Positions 1 through 13,070 of a stretch of 64,000 nucleotides of DNA are shown in pieces (position 1 is the stretch's first letter; the number at the start of each line of letters is the position of its first letter). The notes under the pieces were generated by a model. It worked only from the letters and a program-made list of their open reading frames with translations. It made no database searches and had not been told where the DNA came from. The stretch is from positions 496,001 through 560,000 of the forward strand of contig NW_026515679.1 in assembly GCF_025526975.1 (NCBI RefSeq). Reading direction: 5' to 3'. Both the position numbers and the translations under genes were made by a program. Origin of the DNA: Fimicolochytrium jonesii. Lineage: Eukaryota.

Positions 1-1476
1 CGATGCTCGTTCGCAAGCTGGGTTGCTTGTTCGGATGTCAGCAGCCGAGGGTACTTCTCGTCCCAGAAGATGCCATTCACTAGGACGTTTGTGTATGGCG
101 CGATCTTTTCGAAAGCGGGACGTCAGTATCAGGCAAGTTGAAGCACTCTGGAGATGACCAACATGATGCGCACCTTCTCATGGAAAATGGACATGTAATG
201 CTCCGGGTGCTCGCGGTAATGGTCCCTATTGAACTTCCAGCCATCTTTCCGCACTAGATAGTCAGATGCTGTGACCTGGCACGCGTACACTCGGTGGTGG
301 CTCCAGCCTGCAAATGGAGGATGTCAACCTTCGGGCTCCTCCGGATCGGAAGAATCGATCTACCCACTCTGAGTCTTGTACAGGTCGCGCAGCTCATCTG
401 GGCTGACCCATTCATGCGGCAGACACTTGAAGACGTGCATTGCTCCCTACATCCCGCATAATGAGTTCCAGCTCAAGACGTCCGCAACCATCTTCCACAA
501 TGGAACATACTCTGGCAACATGTCCGTCTCCCGTGAACACGAACGACATCGGCCCCATCTGTCTGGGCAGCCCGTCGTCCATGATGACCTGTCCTGTGCG
601 CGTCACATCCAAACGGGCGTCCGCAAGGGTTCTGTACATGTAGGACATTCCAATCGCCTGCATACACACACGAGAGATAAGAACATTGGACTCTTGGTGA
701 AGTTCCTTTTGCCTGACACCCACCAAGAAAGGGTTTCCGTAACCCAGGGCCAGCAGTCGGTGACCCAGCCCATGCATGCTGTCAATCATCCCCGCATAAC
801 CGGCAAAGCGGCTGAACTGGACGACACGCCGCTTGGTGTCGTCTGTCATGAGCTCGTAATCTATCAATCTGATGCGCTGTGACACGAACATTGGAGTTTG
901 GCATCGACGAGTGGCGAGTGAGATTTCATGACAGGAAACACACCCACCTTGTCCAAAACCGCCTGCAGCAATGGCATATTGTACTTCTGCCCCTTGTGCG
1001 TATGCGAGAAGAACAGGTACGTCTTGTCGGCGATGAGCTGTTCTATTGGCACCTCCTTGACTCCAACAATCACATCCGCGACAGACAGGTCCTCAGCGAT
1101 GATCGCTCCCGCCTGGTATGGAACGACGTAGCTTCGTTAGCACCATGTTTTATGAGGGTTCGAAGCTGATGATGTTCAGCCTACCCACCTGCCTATACTT
1201 CTCGTCCGGCACAACTCGCTTCGTGCTCGGCTGCACATACACCTTCGTCCCCGTCTCCTTTACCAGCCGCTCGACATGCTCCGGCATCAACGGCACGCGC
1301 CGCTCCCATCGGTTTTTCTGCTCTGCACGGATACCTATGGATAGGCGGGCTGAAGTAGAGGTGGCGGACGCCGCCACCATCGCCGTTTTCGAGAACTTTC
1401 GCTGGCATTGGTGCAGACACTGCGGGTGCCGCAGACGGGCGTGGGACTGCGACCGGAAGGCTAGCATGGTCGACAT
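1..1476 (-). CDS. AASS: Alpha-aminoadipic semialdehyde synthase-like protein (lysine-ketoglutarate reductase domain), multi-exon, runs off the window start
   Basis: Arg-rich presequence, then IGIRAEQKNRWERRVPL..KVYVQPS; GVKEVP..FFSHTHKGQKYNMPLL; IRLIDYELM..FAGYAGMIDSMHGLGHRLLALG. These are LKR-domain motifs across several exons. Confidence 0.88.
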
Positions 1477-2030
1477 GCTGGGCTGGGGGCCGGGCAGTGT
1501 TGTGGATAGCTAGTTGAAGGGGCTCTGCTACTAAGGACGAGCGATCGCACAACGCAGACCTCAGGGATGCCAGCTGGGGGGTTTTATTATTTGCGCAAGA
1601 ATGAGGACCTCCTCGGCCCCGAGGAAACAATCGAGCGAGAGAGAGAGAGCGCATGGGGGCCCTCACGCGGCCCTTCCACGCGTCGCGCCCTATTACTGCA
1701 GTGGGAGTGACCAACCAGCCACGTTTCACTCGAGGCGGGGCCTTTTTTTTCTGTGCTCACCCTCCCTCAAGGCTCACACACACCCAGTCTCGGTGTCGAC
1801 AGGTCACGTGCCGCGGTCACTTCCAACCCCTCACCTCATGCGGCTGTCCGAACGAGCGAGCGAATGGATGGATGGATGTCCGAATGGGAATGCGAGTCGC
1901 GTCGCTTTCCCTTCTCCCTTTTGCCTTTCACTCTTCGCTCAGGCTCCCTACTCCTACTGTACGCCTCCGAGAGGACGACGCACACTCCACCCGTTCCTTG
2001 AGCTTCTTGAGCTCTTGTCTTTGGCGCGCA

Positions 2031-4560
2031 ATGGCTGCCGCGCGAGTTGCCAAACGACCTCGGTCGGCCGGCGAGAATGATGTCGACGTTTTGGGTCTAT
2101 GTGAGTTTCTTTGTCCAGGTTCAGAGTTCCTTGTCACTGCACCCTCCTTTTTTCATGCACCTAACTTGTGACTCTTTTCGGTTCCAGCGAGCTCTTTGCC
2201 GAAACGTACTCTTCGTTCTCGGACAGCTACCAATTCCTCGCTCAGCGTAAAAGTCGGCGTGTCCTCTCCGTCGCGCACGCCCCAAAGAACGGCTGCTCCC
2301 AGCTCGAGAGCATCCAAAGTCTTGTCGCCCCGCAAATTAGGGCAGGAGATCACCGCTGAGATGCAGCACGACGAGAATGTTGAGCCCACTTTGGTCACCT
2401 CCAAGCGCCAGGGTAAGGCCGCACTCTGTCGTAAAGCAGCAGTCTGGCTGCGGACGACTGAGCTCTCCATTTTACACCTGTAGACTCGTCCCCACCTGCA
2501 AAATCAACACATCCTACCCTCTCGCCAGCGCGAACGCCATCATCGCGATCCAGCAAACACCCCTTCCAGCGCCTCCCCAGCACGCCACGCACGCCTCAAA
2601 CAGTCTACCAGGAGGCCAAAGCACTGTTCCGCCGATGCAGCACGCCAACACGCTTAGTTGGCCGGAATAACGAGAGGCAAGAGCTGCAGTCGTTTTTACA
2701 GACTCATGCGGGAGTGGGGAAGCCGGGAGCGTTGTACGTGTCGGGCATCCCGGGGACGGGAAAGACGGCGCTGGTTGATGAGGTCGTCAGGGAGTTTAAG
2801 AAGGGTTGTGGCGAGGTACGTTGGAAAGGCACTGACAACTCGCCAGCCTCAGAAAGGCCGCGACATCTGACAAACGATCCTTCCCCTTCATGGTTAGTTG
2901 TCGCACGACCTGGTCACCGTGAAAGTCAACTGCATGGCCATGAAGGATCCCAAGATGGTGTATGCCAAAATCATAGGCGAGATCGAGCCGGATTCGCATT
3001 ATTCAACGAAGGATGCCTTTAAGCCTTTGGAGAATGCTATTGTCGGTGGTGGTGCAGAGGCTGGCGGCAAGAGGAGGTCGAAATACTTGTGAGTGCATAG
3101 CGGTTTGGGTCTTGAGACCGGCCAGTTGTCGTGAGAGAACTAATGAGCAATTCCCCGAAAAGCATCGTGATTCTGGACGAGATCGATACTCTCCTCACCA
3201 GAGACCAAGACGTCCTTTACACGCTATTTGAATGGCCCCATCTTGCCGGTTCCCGCTTGATATTGATCGGTATCGCAAATGCACTAGACTTGACGGACAG
3301 ATTCCTGCCCCGGCTCAAAGCCCGCAACTGTGAGTCAAACTCGCTTGCGACACACCACCACCGACAATGTACTAACAATCTGCAACCCCATTTCCCCCAC
3401 TAGGCGCCCCACGCCTGCTCAACTTCACACCCTACGACATCAAAGAGATCACACAAATCATCAAAGAACGCCTGCGGTGCCTCGAATCCTCCGAAACCGA
3501 CACCCTACGCGAAAACGTGCTCTCACCAGCATCCACAACCAAGATTGCCACTACGGTCCTGGGCAACATGACCCCGACGACGAGAGCGAAGGTGGGCACG
3601 CCGTTGATGCAGGATATGGCGATTGAGCTCTGTGCGAGGAAGATGGCGGGGACGGGGGACTTGAGGAAGGCGCTGGATGTTTGTCGGTGAGTCGGATGTT
3701 TGTCCGTGTCATTGTATTCCGAAAGAGCGAAAGCTTACTCTCCGATGGTACAGCCACGCGATCGAGATGGTCGAAGCCGAGTCCAAAAAGAAGGTTGCGA
3801 ACGGATCCGTCTTTCACAACAACTCCTTCGCCGCCAACCCCGCGCCCGGCACACCCACCCCTCGCCGCAACGCCTCCCTCACATCCACCGCCGGTCCCTC
3901 TCCGCTCCGCCCAACACCCTTCCCCCTCCCCAGCACCCCCATCGGCGCCGCCCTCACAACCCCAACAACAGCCGAAACCCCCCTCCTGATGGACACGCCC
4001 CTCTCCTCCCTCGACACGCTACCAAAAGTGACTGTGAAACATATCCTGAGCGCGACGAATGCGGTGTTTGGAAGCCCGGTGGTGAATCGGATCAAGGCAT
4101 TGAGCTTACATTGTAAGATGGTGCTTTGTGCGCTCGTGGTTATGGCCAGGGCACCCGGCGGCGGACGAGATACCACCATGTCGAAGGTATGTGGTACATT
4201 CGACTTGCTCGGGGATGAGGGGTTACGCTATGATACAATGCATGAAACTTGACACACCACCCACCACCACCACACACCCAGGTTTATGAAACATATGTGA
4301 CACTCAGCAAGCACCCCCGCATCGACATCCAACCCGTCACCCGCACCGAACTGCAAGACGTCATCACCAACCTTGAGACAGCGGCGCTCGTCACCCTCTC
4401 CAACACCGCTTCCATCCGCAGCGGCAAGATGATGGCGGCTGCGGAAGGGCGGTTGGCGGCGAATAGGAAGGTGGTGCTGACGTGTGGCGAGGGGGAGGTT
4501 GTCAAGGGGGTTGAGGGTATGCCGGTCTGTGGGGAGGCGTTGAGGGTTGGGGTTGAGTAG
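2031..4560 (+). CDS. CDC6: Cell division control protein 6 / Cdc18 (AAA+ replication licensing factor), multi-exon
   Basis: Walker A LYVSGIPGTGKT, VNCM, Walker B IVILDEID, VLYTLFEWP..LIGIANALDLTDRFLPRL, GDLRKALDVC and a C-terminal winged-helix-like region. Start codon inferred. Confidence 0.92.
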
Positions 4561-4752
4561 TGGTGTGCATCTGGATTGAGGAGATTTGGACGGGTTTGTG
4601 GATTTGATGTTTTGCAAGCTTTTGCTAGAGATTTAGGGATGCCAGGAGGGAATAGAGGATGGAAGGAGATATGCATACGGCTTTTGTATTGTCATTCGAA
4701 GTATCGTAAAACATGTTTTCACGCATCCCAAAAACCGCAGATGTTGCCCCCA

Positions 4753-7700
4753 TCAAGCATAAAGCCTCAAAAACAAACTCTTCAACAGCCTCGCCTCACT
4801 GCTCACATTCCCATTCCGCCTCTTCCCCTCCTCCTTCCCTCCTACAACACCGGCCCCTCCCACCCCCCCGCCCCCCGCGGGGATATTCCGCCCATGCAGC
4901 TCACACGCGTCAAAGAACGCGAGGATTTCGGTAAATACACTGTCTTTGAGCAGGATCATGTGCTTGGCGAGCATCTCGAAGAGGGACGCGAAGCAGCGTT
5001 TGGCGTAGTACCATGTGTCGGTGCCCAACTGGAAAAAAAGGCCCATCAAAGATGTGAATGAGGAGTTCTGACTATCCCCCCCCCCCCCCCCCCCCCGACG
5101 AGAAAGGGGGATGTGTGATAGGGTTTTACCTTCTTGTTAAACGGCTCCAGACTCTTCATCACCCGCGTGATCCCAAACTCATAGTTCCCCTTCGCGCAGT
5201 ACAGCGTCCCGATCACCAGATTCACTATGCACAGGTGGTACGTCCGTCTCCGCCCTCCGCCCGCCACCGCGGTCGGACTCGAGGGATCGGAGGGATCGGA
5301 GGAGGGGTCGGAGGACGGGTCGGCGGGGAGCGAGGTGCGTTCCTCCTCTTTTTCGATCTTGCGCATCAGGTCTTCGGCTTCCTCGTTTTGGGACGTCATG
5401 ATGTACGAGACGCAGAGGTTTGCGAGGACGATGGCGGTGACGTTCAGGATCTGTGTGGCAAGTTCGATACATCAGTTCGTGTGTGCGATGGGACGGGTCT
5501 CGCTTTGAAGTCAGAGGAGGATAGCCTCAACCCCCGTGAGAAACCACCGAACACTCACATTGTCATACCCCTTCCGTACAATCGGCTCATAGAAGCTGAT
5601 CGCCTCCTTGTACTTTGTCTCCTGCATGAACAGCACATGCGCCACGTTGAGTTTCCACACCTCGTGCTCGTTGCAGAACTCGACGGATTTGCGGAAGATC
5701 TTTTCCACCATCGCGTAGTTGGCGCGGTCCCAGTAGATGCGCGATTGCGACATGACGAGGGGGATGTAGCTAAAAAGAAACATATCATGGGGGCGGTTAG
5801 TTGGTGGGAGGAGGGAAAGGGGGGTACATTAGCATGATGGGAACCGCTTACCGTTCGACGGCATCGTCATATTCATTAACGATGCGTTTAACGGCGTCCT
5901 CGTCATGGTTTGCGCGGGCCTCCTGGACCTGTTTGGTGAGTTTGCGGAGGATGTCTGCTTGCCGGTTGGCGAGGTCGTCGAATTTGTTGTACGCTTCTTC
6001 GGCGGAAGATTGGCGGAGGAGCGAGGCTTCGATGAAACCGTAGACGTTCTGGAACCACCGGGGAGTGTGAGTAATCGAGGTGGGTACTTCTCAGACCCCA
6101 GGCAGAGTATCGGATATACACTTACCGGATCCAAATACCCCTCCGCAACGCCCCTGTTCTCCGCCAACAAATCCGCCGCGAGATCGAGATACTCGTACTT
6201 GACATACAACAGCAACAAGTTCGCAAACGCCTCCTGCGGCGGGTTGGGCACCTGCTGCAGCAGGAAATTCAGCTTCTCGAACCCGCCCGTCGGGTCTTCG
6301 TCCATGTTCATCAGCGCGGTGTTGTGCAGGGTTACGGGGTCCAGCTCGGATTCGTTGCGGGGGGGCATGTCGGTTAGGGCTTCGCGGGCGGCTTCCACTG
6401 GGTGAGGGGGTTGCGTGAGTTATGTGGAGGGGGTGGGAGGGTTATCGGAATGGGATACGCACGGTTATGGAGATGGTACTCGATTGCGGCTTTGAGGTTG
6501 AAGGCCTCGACGAGATGCGTCTCGTGTAGAAGTTGCGAGTTGCCGACGCTGCGGACTTCGATGCCTTCCGTTGCCATGCCCACATTCAGCTCTGGTAATC
6601 ACACAAAAGGCATCGTCAGCCCCCACCGGCCCCCGCAAACACACCCATCTCCTCTCCCGACCGTGCAATCCTTACCAGGATGATCCCGAATCCCCTTTTC
6701 AATAATCTCCGCAATGTACTTCAACGCCGGCACAAACTGCTTCTGCATATAGTAGCACAGCGCGACGTTGTAGCTGAGTTCGGCGGTGTAGCCCACGATC
6801 TTGAGCGCGTCCATGTACGCTGTGCAGGCTTCGTCGTATTTGCCTTCCTTGATGCGAGGGGGGGTGGGAGGGCGTTAGTGATGGTGGCAGGGGTGGGAGG
6901 GTTACATGGGGCAGGGGGGGAAGGTACGGTACTTTACTTTGAAGAGAAGACAGGCTTTGTTGATGACTGTATCAGTGTCGGATGCAGGGAGGGAGTCGAT
7001 TAGGAATTTGCAGCCGGTTAGGTCGTTGGTGGCGTACTTTATTGCTGCTTGTAACTTGACCGCCTACCAAAAACGGGAGAGCCGTCGCCGTCAGTCTTCT
7101 GCTTCCCCATCGTCCGTCAACGTTCATCTCAGACACTGGACTGCCACCTTATCGCTATTCTCCGCCGTCTCGATCAAGGCGCTCGACCGCTGGGCGTCTT
7201 CGTACAAGCCGGCTTTGTACAGGCTTTGCGCGTGGTAGACCCGGTAGTGCTCGAATTCAGGGTACAGCCGGGCGAGTTGCTCATAACTACATCGATGGTC
7301 AAAGCGAAACGTCAACATCTGTGTGGTATACATCCATCCCGCGCCATGGCATCGACTGTATTCGTACGCCAGTGAGTCGTCGGTGGGCGGAGCAGCTCGT
7401 TGAGGTCGCTACGAGCCGTGGTTAGGTGTATTGCGCCTTGAGCGCAAGGAACTAGTGCTCGCGAAGGCGTTCGCCTCGTGGCTCGCCTGCCTCAAGCACC
7501 TCGCTGTCGCTCATCGCAGTCCGCATTCGCTTCGCGAATCAACCGCTCGCTTGCGGCTCCCGCACGGTACCTACCACTCAGCAGCCTCCGCGAACCCCCC
7601 GACCATAAACCAACAATAACCCAACAAACTCAGCACCGGGCGACTCTCCGGACTAACAACAAGCTCATTCGCCAGAATCTTAATCACATCATGATGCCTT

Positions 7701-7846
7701 CCATCACGGATATACGAATAGATGGTGGTGGTGTATTTCCCTTCTGGCACCTGAGTGATTGTTGTTGCGGCCGTGGTGTTGTGAGCGCCTGGGTAGGCGG
7801 TGGATGGCGGGAGGGATGTGCGGGGGGGCAGGCCGTAGGACGTCAT
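4753..7846 (-). CDS. TTC30: Intraflagellar transport protein 70 (TTC30/DYF-1/fleer), multi-exon
   Basis: VPEGKYTTTIY, YHAQSLYKAG, ALTDMPPRNESELDPVTLHN, YHLCIVNLVIGTLYCAKGNYEFGITRVMKSLEP, LGTDTWYYAKRC. Confidence 0.95.
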
Positions 7847-8839
7847 GATTGGGTGGTGGGTTGGATCGTGGTGGTTGGTGGCGGATGGGAGTGGAATGAT
7901 ATCTTTTCTGTCGGGGCGGAAGTGCGTTTGCTCGATGCTCGTCGATGCGAGAGTCGGGGAAAAGTGATTACGAGGACGCGTCGTTTCTCACGTACTGTAG
8001 ATCTAGAGGAGAACGCGTCGCGCAGGTCTCCCTCATCAAGGCTCTTTCAAGTTGTTGCGATGAGGACAGGGATGGGACAGGGTGGGGTGTCTGCGGGGCT
8101 GTATAGATAGACCATTCCCATCCACAGAGCTTACGAGTGAAACGGACCAGGGTGTCGAATCAGTTGCCAGGAAGGAAAGCGGCGAAAACAGACCAGGCGT
8201 TGCGTTGGTGAAGGTGTAGGTTCTGCTAGCCGCCTCCCCGCCCGCGCCGGAGACTGCATATAAACAGGCCCTCCTCCTCCGGGACTACAGCGGTTGACAT
8301 GGAGTTGCGAGGGTACATACATACATGCGCAGGACTAATAAACAAGGGAAATCCGCAGCTTTGGCTGGGAGTTGGGCATGTCGGACTGCACGCTGTTTGT
8401 CATGTCCTCACGGACGCGTTGCAACTGGATGTGAACGGTGAACCGGAGTGGAACCGGAAGAGCAATGAGAATGGCAGCACCAGACAGTGGCCACCTCCAC
8501 GCATCTCACTTAGGGTTAGGGCATATGTAGAGGTGACCGACAGCTGCGTCTGCATTGCAGCAACCGGAGGGAGTGAGACCCTAAAGCTTAAATCAAGGGG
8601 CGCGCCCTAGGCTGCCCTCCCCTGACTCCGCCGGTTTAAGCTTTCGCTAGTTTCCACTCTCATATTGTTGCACTTTCCCACGCTCAAAGACTTGCAAATC
8701 CACCAACGGAACCGGTATCGACAGCTTTGAGCAGTGTAGTAGCAACCTAGTGTTCACCCCAGTTGGCCCAGTTGCTCTCCACATGTTGTTTCGTCTACCA
8801 TAGCCTCCCAACAACTCACCCAGCCGAACACCCGTCGCA

Positions 8840-11800
8840 ATGGCCTCCGACAACATTGACTGGGACCTCGGCTATGCCTCCGAATCGCTGGACACCCACA
8901 TGAAAGGCACCGACGAACATAAACTCTCAAATAGGCTTTATAAGGTGAGCTTCCCTCCCCTACCTGTTTTTCGCATGTCATACTCATTTATATCCGTACG
9001 GCATAGACAGAGGAGGAAATAGGCCGCTACATCCTGGACGAGGGGCTCGATGAAGTCAGCAGGGCAATACATCTCTTAAGGTGCCGCTAAGGTGTCTGAA
9101 GCATATCTCACCACATGCCCTATGTGTCCTCTTCGGAGAACGGGTTATTGAAGGGAGGGTGCTGACCGATGTGCTTTTTGATGTGCGTTTTTGCAGACAG
9201 GGCGCACCGATTCAGAAATATAGCGTCGCGGCGTCGTTGTGTCGGCTGTTGCAGGATAGGGGTGCGGAAGCGAAGAGTAGGGTCGTGCCGGTACTGTTGA
9301 GCGCCGTAAAGCAAGACCCACCAGACCTGCAAATCGCATTCGGGCGTAGCCTCATCCAAGTGATTGACAAGGAACTGTTGACGAAATCGGGCCTGCAGAA
9401 TGTAGCGGATACTGCAAAGGCGCTGCTTGCGAAGAATGATGAGGGTGGGTTGGGATAACCAGCGCGAACAATGGGGATGTAGGAGGAGTTTGGCTGAATG
9501 GGGTGCTTGATTTGTAGATGTGAGAGAGATTTGGGCGGATGTCTTGCTGGGCGCTATCCGGTTTCTTCCGGCCGAGTTTGTTGAGAAGGAGGTGAGTGAA
9601 CTGGTCCAATGCACTGAGAATCATCCGCAACGCAGAGCTAATATCTTACTCCGCATACCCGAAATCGAATCAGATTGTACCAGAATTCTTGACGGAAACC
9701 GGTTTAGCTCAACCACCTCCAAAACGATTATGGGCCGCGCGGGTGCTGGGGGCCGCTGCGCCGAGAATAGAAAGCAAACAGTTGAGTTCTGAGCGGCGCC
9801 GGTCGAGGGGCCGGAGTTTCGTCGCCGCACACAAACTAGGCCCAGTCTGACAATACCCATCTCTGCTGCAGAATACAGCAAGCTCTCATCCGTAAAGCGG
9901 CATCGCTTTGCCAAGACACCGATTACGAGGTTCGGGCGTGCATGTGCAGGGAGCTGAACTCGATTGCGAGAGCTGTGGGGTGAGGTCTTCGTTTTTGTTG
10001 AATCGTCACGCCGTATGCGTCTCATTCATCTGCTGTGTCGTGCACAATCAACAGACACGAATGCACTGTGCGGGATTTGCTCACGGAGTATGTCGAGTTG
10101 ATTATGGACGAGGAGTCGGTCGTGCGGGAGTCGGCGATAGAGAACATCATGAATCTGATGGATTTCTTCGAGCCTGGTATGATTGAGCTTCCCCAAACAG
10201 ATGGGAGTGTAGCAGTTCCGCACTCAACTCATTGCGCGTCCAATCACACAGCCGTGAAAACCCAAACAATCATCCCAGTCTGGAAAAAGCTCTGCGAAGA
10301 GCAACCCACCCGCATCCTCCCCTGCCTCGCCCGCCACCTCGGCCCCTTCCTCTGGGAAACCCGCCCGCAGCTCTCCGATCAAGACCTCCGCTACTTCACC
10401 AACTTCTACCACTCCCTCTCCACCTCCCAATACTCCGAAGACGACACCCGCGAGATGTGCGCATTCAATTTTCCCGCTATTGTTAAATGCACGTGCGCGG
10501 GGTTTCTCGTTACGCAGAGCTATGAGTCCCATCGGCTTGATATCGTCTTTGACCGACTCACGCAGGATCCGTCCCGACATGTGCGCAGACGTTTGGCGGC
10601 GGGATTGCACTCGGTCGCGGAGATAATGGGCTCGTTTGCGTGGACGCATCTGAGGACGGGTTTGTTGAGGCTGTTCAGCGATGCCGAGCTGGATGTGTAT
10701 CGGAGTGTGTCGGAGCATTTGGGGGAAACCTTGAAGGCTTTTGTCAAGGATGATTTATGTCGACGGGTAAGTCCCTTGATTCACATATGTGCTCTTACTT
10801 ATATCGCACTAGAAATGCTGAAAACATATGCGAAATAGGACACGCAACTAGACGACATCTTATTTCAAATCCTCCGCCGCGAACGCGAGTACGCGACGTA
10901 TGGAAGTCGCCACAACTGGCGGCTCCATCAATCCCTTTTGGATCAGTTTTGTGTGTTCCCGGATATTTTCGGGCAGGAGCTGATTCATGGGCATTGTGTG
11001 CCACTGATGTTCAAGATTTTGCATGAGGTATGAGGTCTGTCTTTGGCTTTTTTGAGTGGTGAGATTTTTGAAATGTTATACTCCCTTGGGCGTTCCTCAC
11101 TGTAGAATGCGGTGTTGCCTGTGAAGGAGACCGCGTTGAAGTGCGTATGCGTTTTCTTACGGCATGCGCGGCGGTCGGAGCACCGGGATCGGCTGCATCG
11201 GCATATCTATGGTAAGGAGCGGGCAATTGAGACGGAATAGTATGCTCGCAACTCTCGAAACTAAAGGTCCTGAACGTTTTCAGAACTGAAAGACTCCAAC
11301 GACTGCCACCACCGCCTCCTCTTCGTCAACCTCTGCTCCCTCGTCCTCCAACACTACTCCTCCCGCTTCTTCCACGAATCCTTCTTCCTCCCCGCCCTCC
11401 TCGAGCTCGTCAAAGACCCCGTACCAAATGTCCGATACCGCGTCGCCCCACTCCTCCCAGAAATCCGCAGAGGGCTCCGAAAAGCCGAAAACTCGGCCTT
11501 GCAAGCTCGCGTCAACGACGGGATCGGCGTGCTGATTGGGGATAGCGATATGGATGTTAGTGATGCGGCGAGAGCGTTGCCGATGGGCCCGCGGTTGGAG
11601 GGGATCACGGAGCAGGATTTGGTGACGGTGTTGGGGAGGTTGATCACGGGCGCCGAGGATATAGCTGCCGCAGTAGCGGATCTGTCCCCTGACGCGGCGC
11701 AGAGGCTGTACGACCTCCAAGACGCGCGAAAAGAGGAAGACGAGCATAAGTTGACATTGCTGGAATTCGAGAACGAGGAAGCGGTGCGCAAACGCGATAT

Positions 11801-12770
11801 GGAGGATGCAAGAGCGGAGTTTACGAAACAGCTTGCGGAGAAGAGCGCGGGTTCGGCGACCAGCGGGAAGAAAACGAAGGCGGCCGCGGCGTGCAAAGGT
11901 CCGCCTGGTGGTGCGGACCGGGATATGGCGGGCGGTGGATCGAGTAGTATGACTGGGAGCGGTGGGTTGGCGAAAGTACGGACAAGTGCGGGGCCCGCGG
12001 TGCCTAGCGCGGTGGTGTCGAAGGTGAAACCTTATGGCGGGGCGTCAACGCTCCCGCAGTTCACTGCCGAGCGCCGGATGTCGAACCCGGTCACGGTAAG
12101 CAACGCGTCGCGGATCCATTCCACATCCACAGGGCATCGCGGCGCGGCCGTGTCGTCTACGTCCAGCACCGACAGCACCCATTCCCCAATAGACCGACAC
12201 GCCATGTCCGCTTCGCACGCCGAAGGCGCCAAACGTGCGTCGGCACGGTCGGCCCTCTCTACCGCGCGCGGCCACGGGCCCGCCGAAGCCGAGATCCCCG
12301 TCGGCAACCGTCTCCCAGGCCTACGCACCGGTGGCGGGACCTCCCGCTCAACAGCTGCTGCTACCGGACGAAGCATGTACACCAATGGAAGCAATGCATC
12401 GAATACCACCAGCACCAACACGACCACCACCCGCACCGCCCTCGCCTTCCCCCTCACCCCCGTCCACCGCTCCCAAGAACTCTACACGCCCACCACCTCC
12501 TCCGTGCCCACCACCTCCCCCCGCCTCCAACGCTCCGGCTCCGGCACCTCATCCTCATCATCGCCCTCATGGATGACAACATCAACAACCAGCGCGGTGA
12601 GAGCGGCTCACGGACCACCGAAAATGAATATGAAGCTCTCGCCTATACCGAGGATTGCGACGGGGGGTGCTGGAGGGTTGGAGGGTAACCCGTATGGAGC
12701 GACACCAACGCATCATCCGGGGAGTGCGGGGAGGGGACAGAGGGAGAAGGGCCTTAGGAATCATAATTGA
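8840..12770 (+). CDS. HEAT-repeat protein phosphatase 4 regulatory subunit 4-like protein with a low-complexity C-terminal tail, multi-exon
   Basis: HEAT repeats: ELIMDEESVVRESA, CAFNFPA, LTQDPSRHVRRRLAAGLH, WRLHQ, LLELVKDPVPNVR. The N-terminus resembles PPP4R4. Confidence 0.72.
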
Positions 12771-13070
12771 GGTTGGGGATAAAAGTTTTCTGGGGTCTGT
12801 GTCCGATTCTTTTTGTTCCTCATTCCTTCTCTTTTTTTGGATCTCGGGATGTGGTGTTCTTTTTGGGGATTTCATTCTTTTGATTTGCATATGCATGTAC
12901 ATTCTTTTTGGGGTCTGCTCTCAATGGAAGCGTCTTTTGTGACATGCGTGGTCGGTACGTCTGTCCTCGCTAAGCGTGATCGCGGGCACGGCGCATTGAT
13001 TCATATTGGGACAATAGTTTTGTGGTTTCTACCATTTGATGCCCCCGCGCCCTTCAAGACATCTACCATG

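Noticed and set aside
5075..5096. Poly-C run (another near 50605-50620)
   Set aside because: Intronic or intergenic homopolymers with no further structure.
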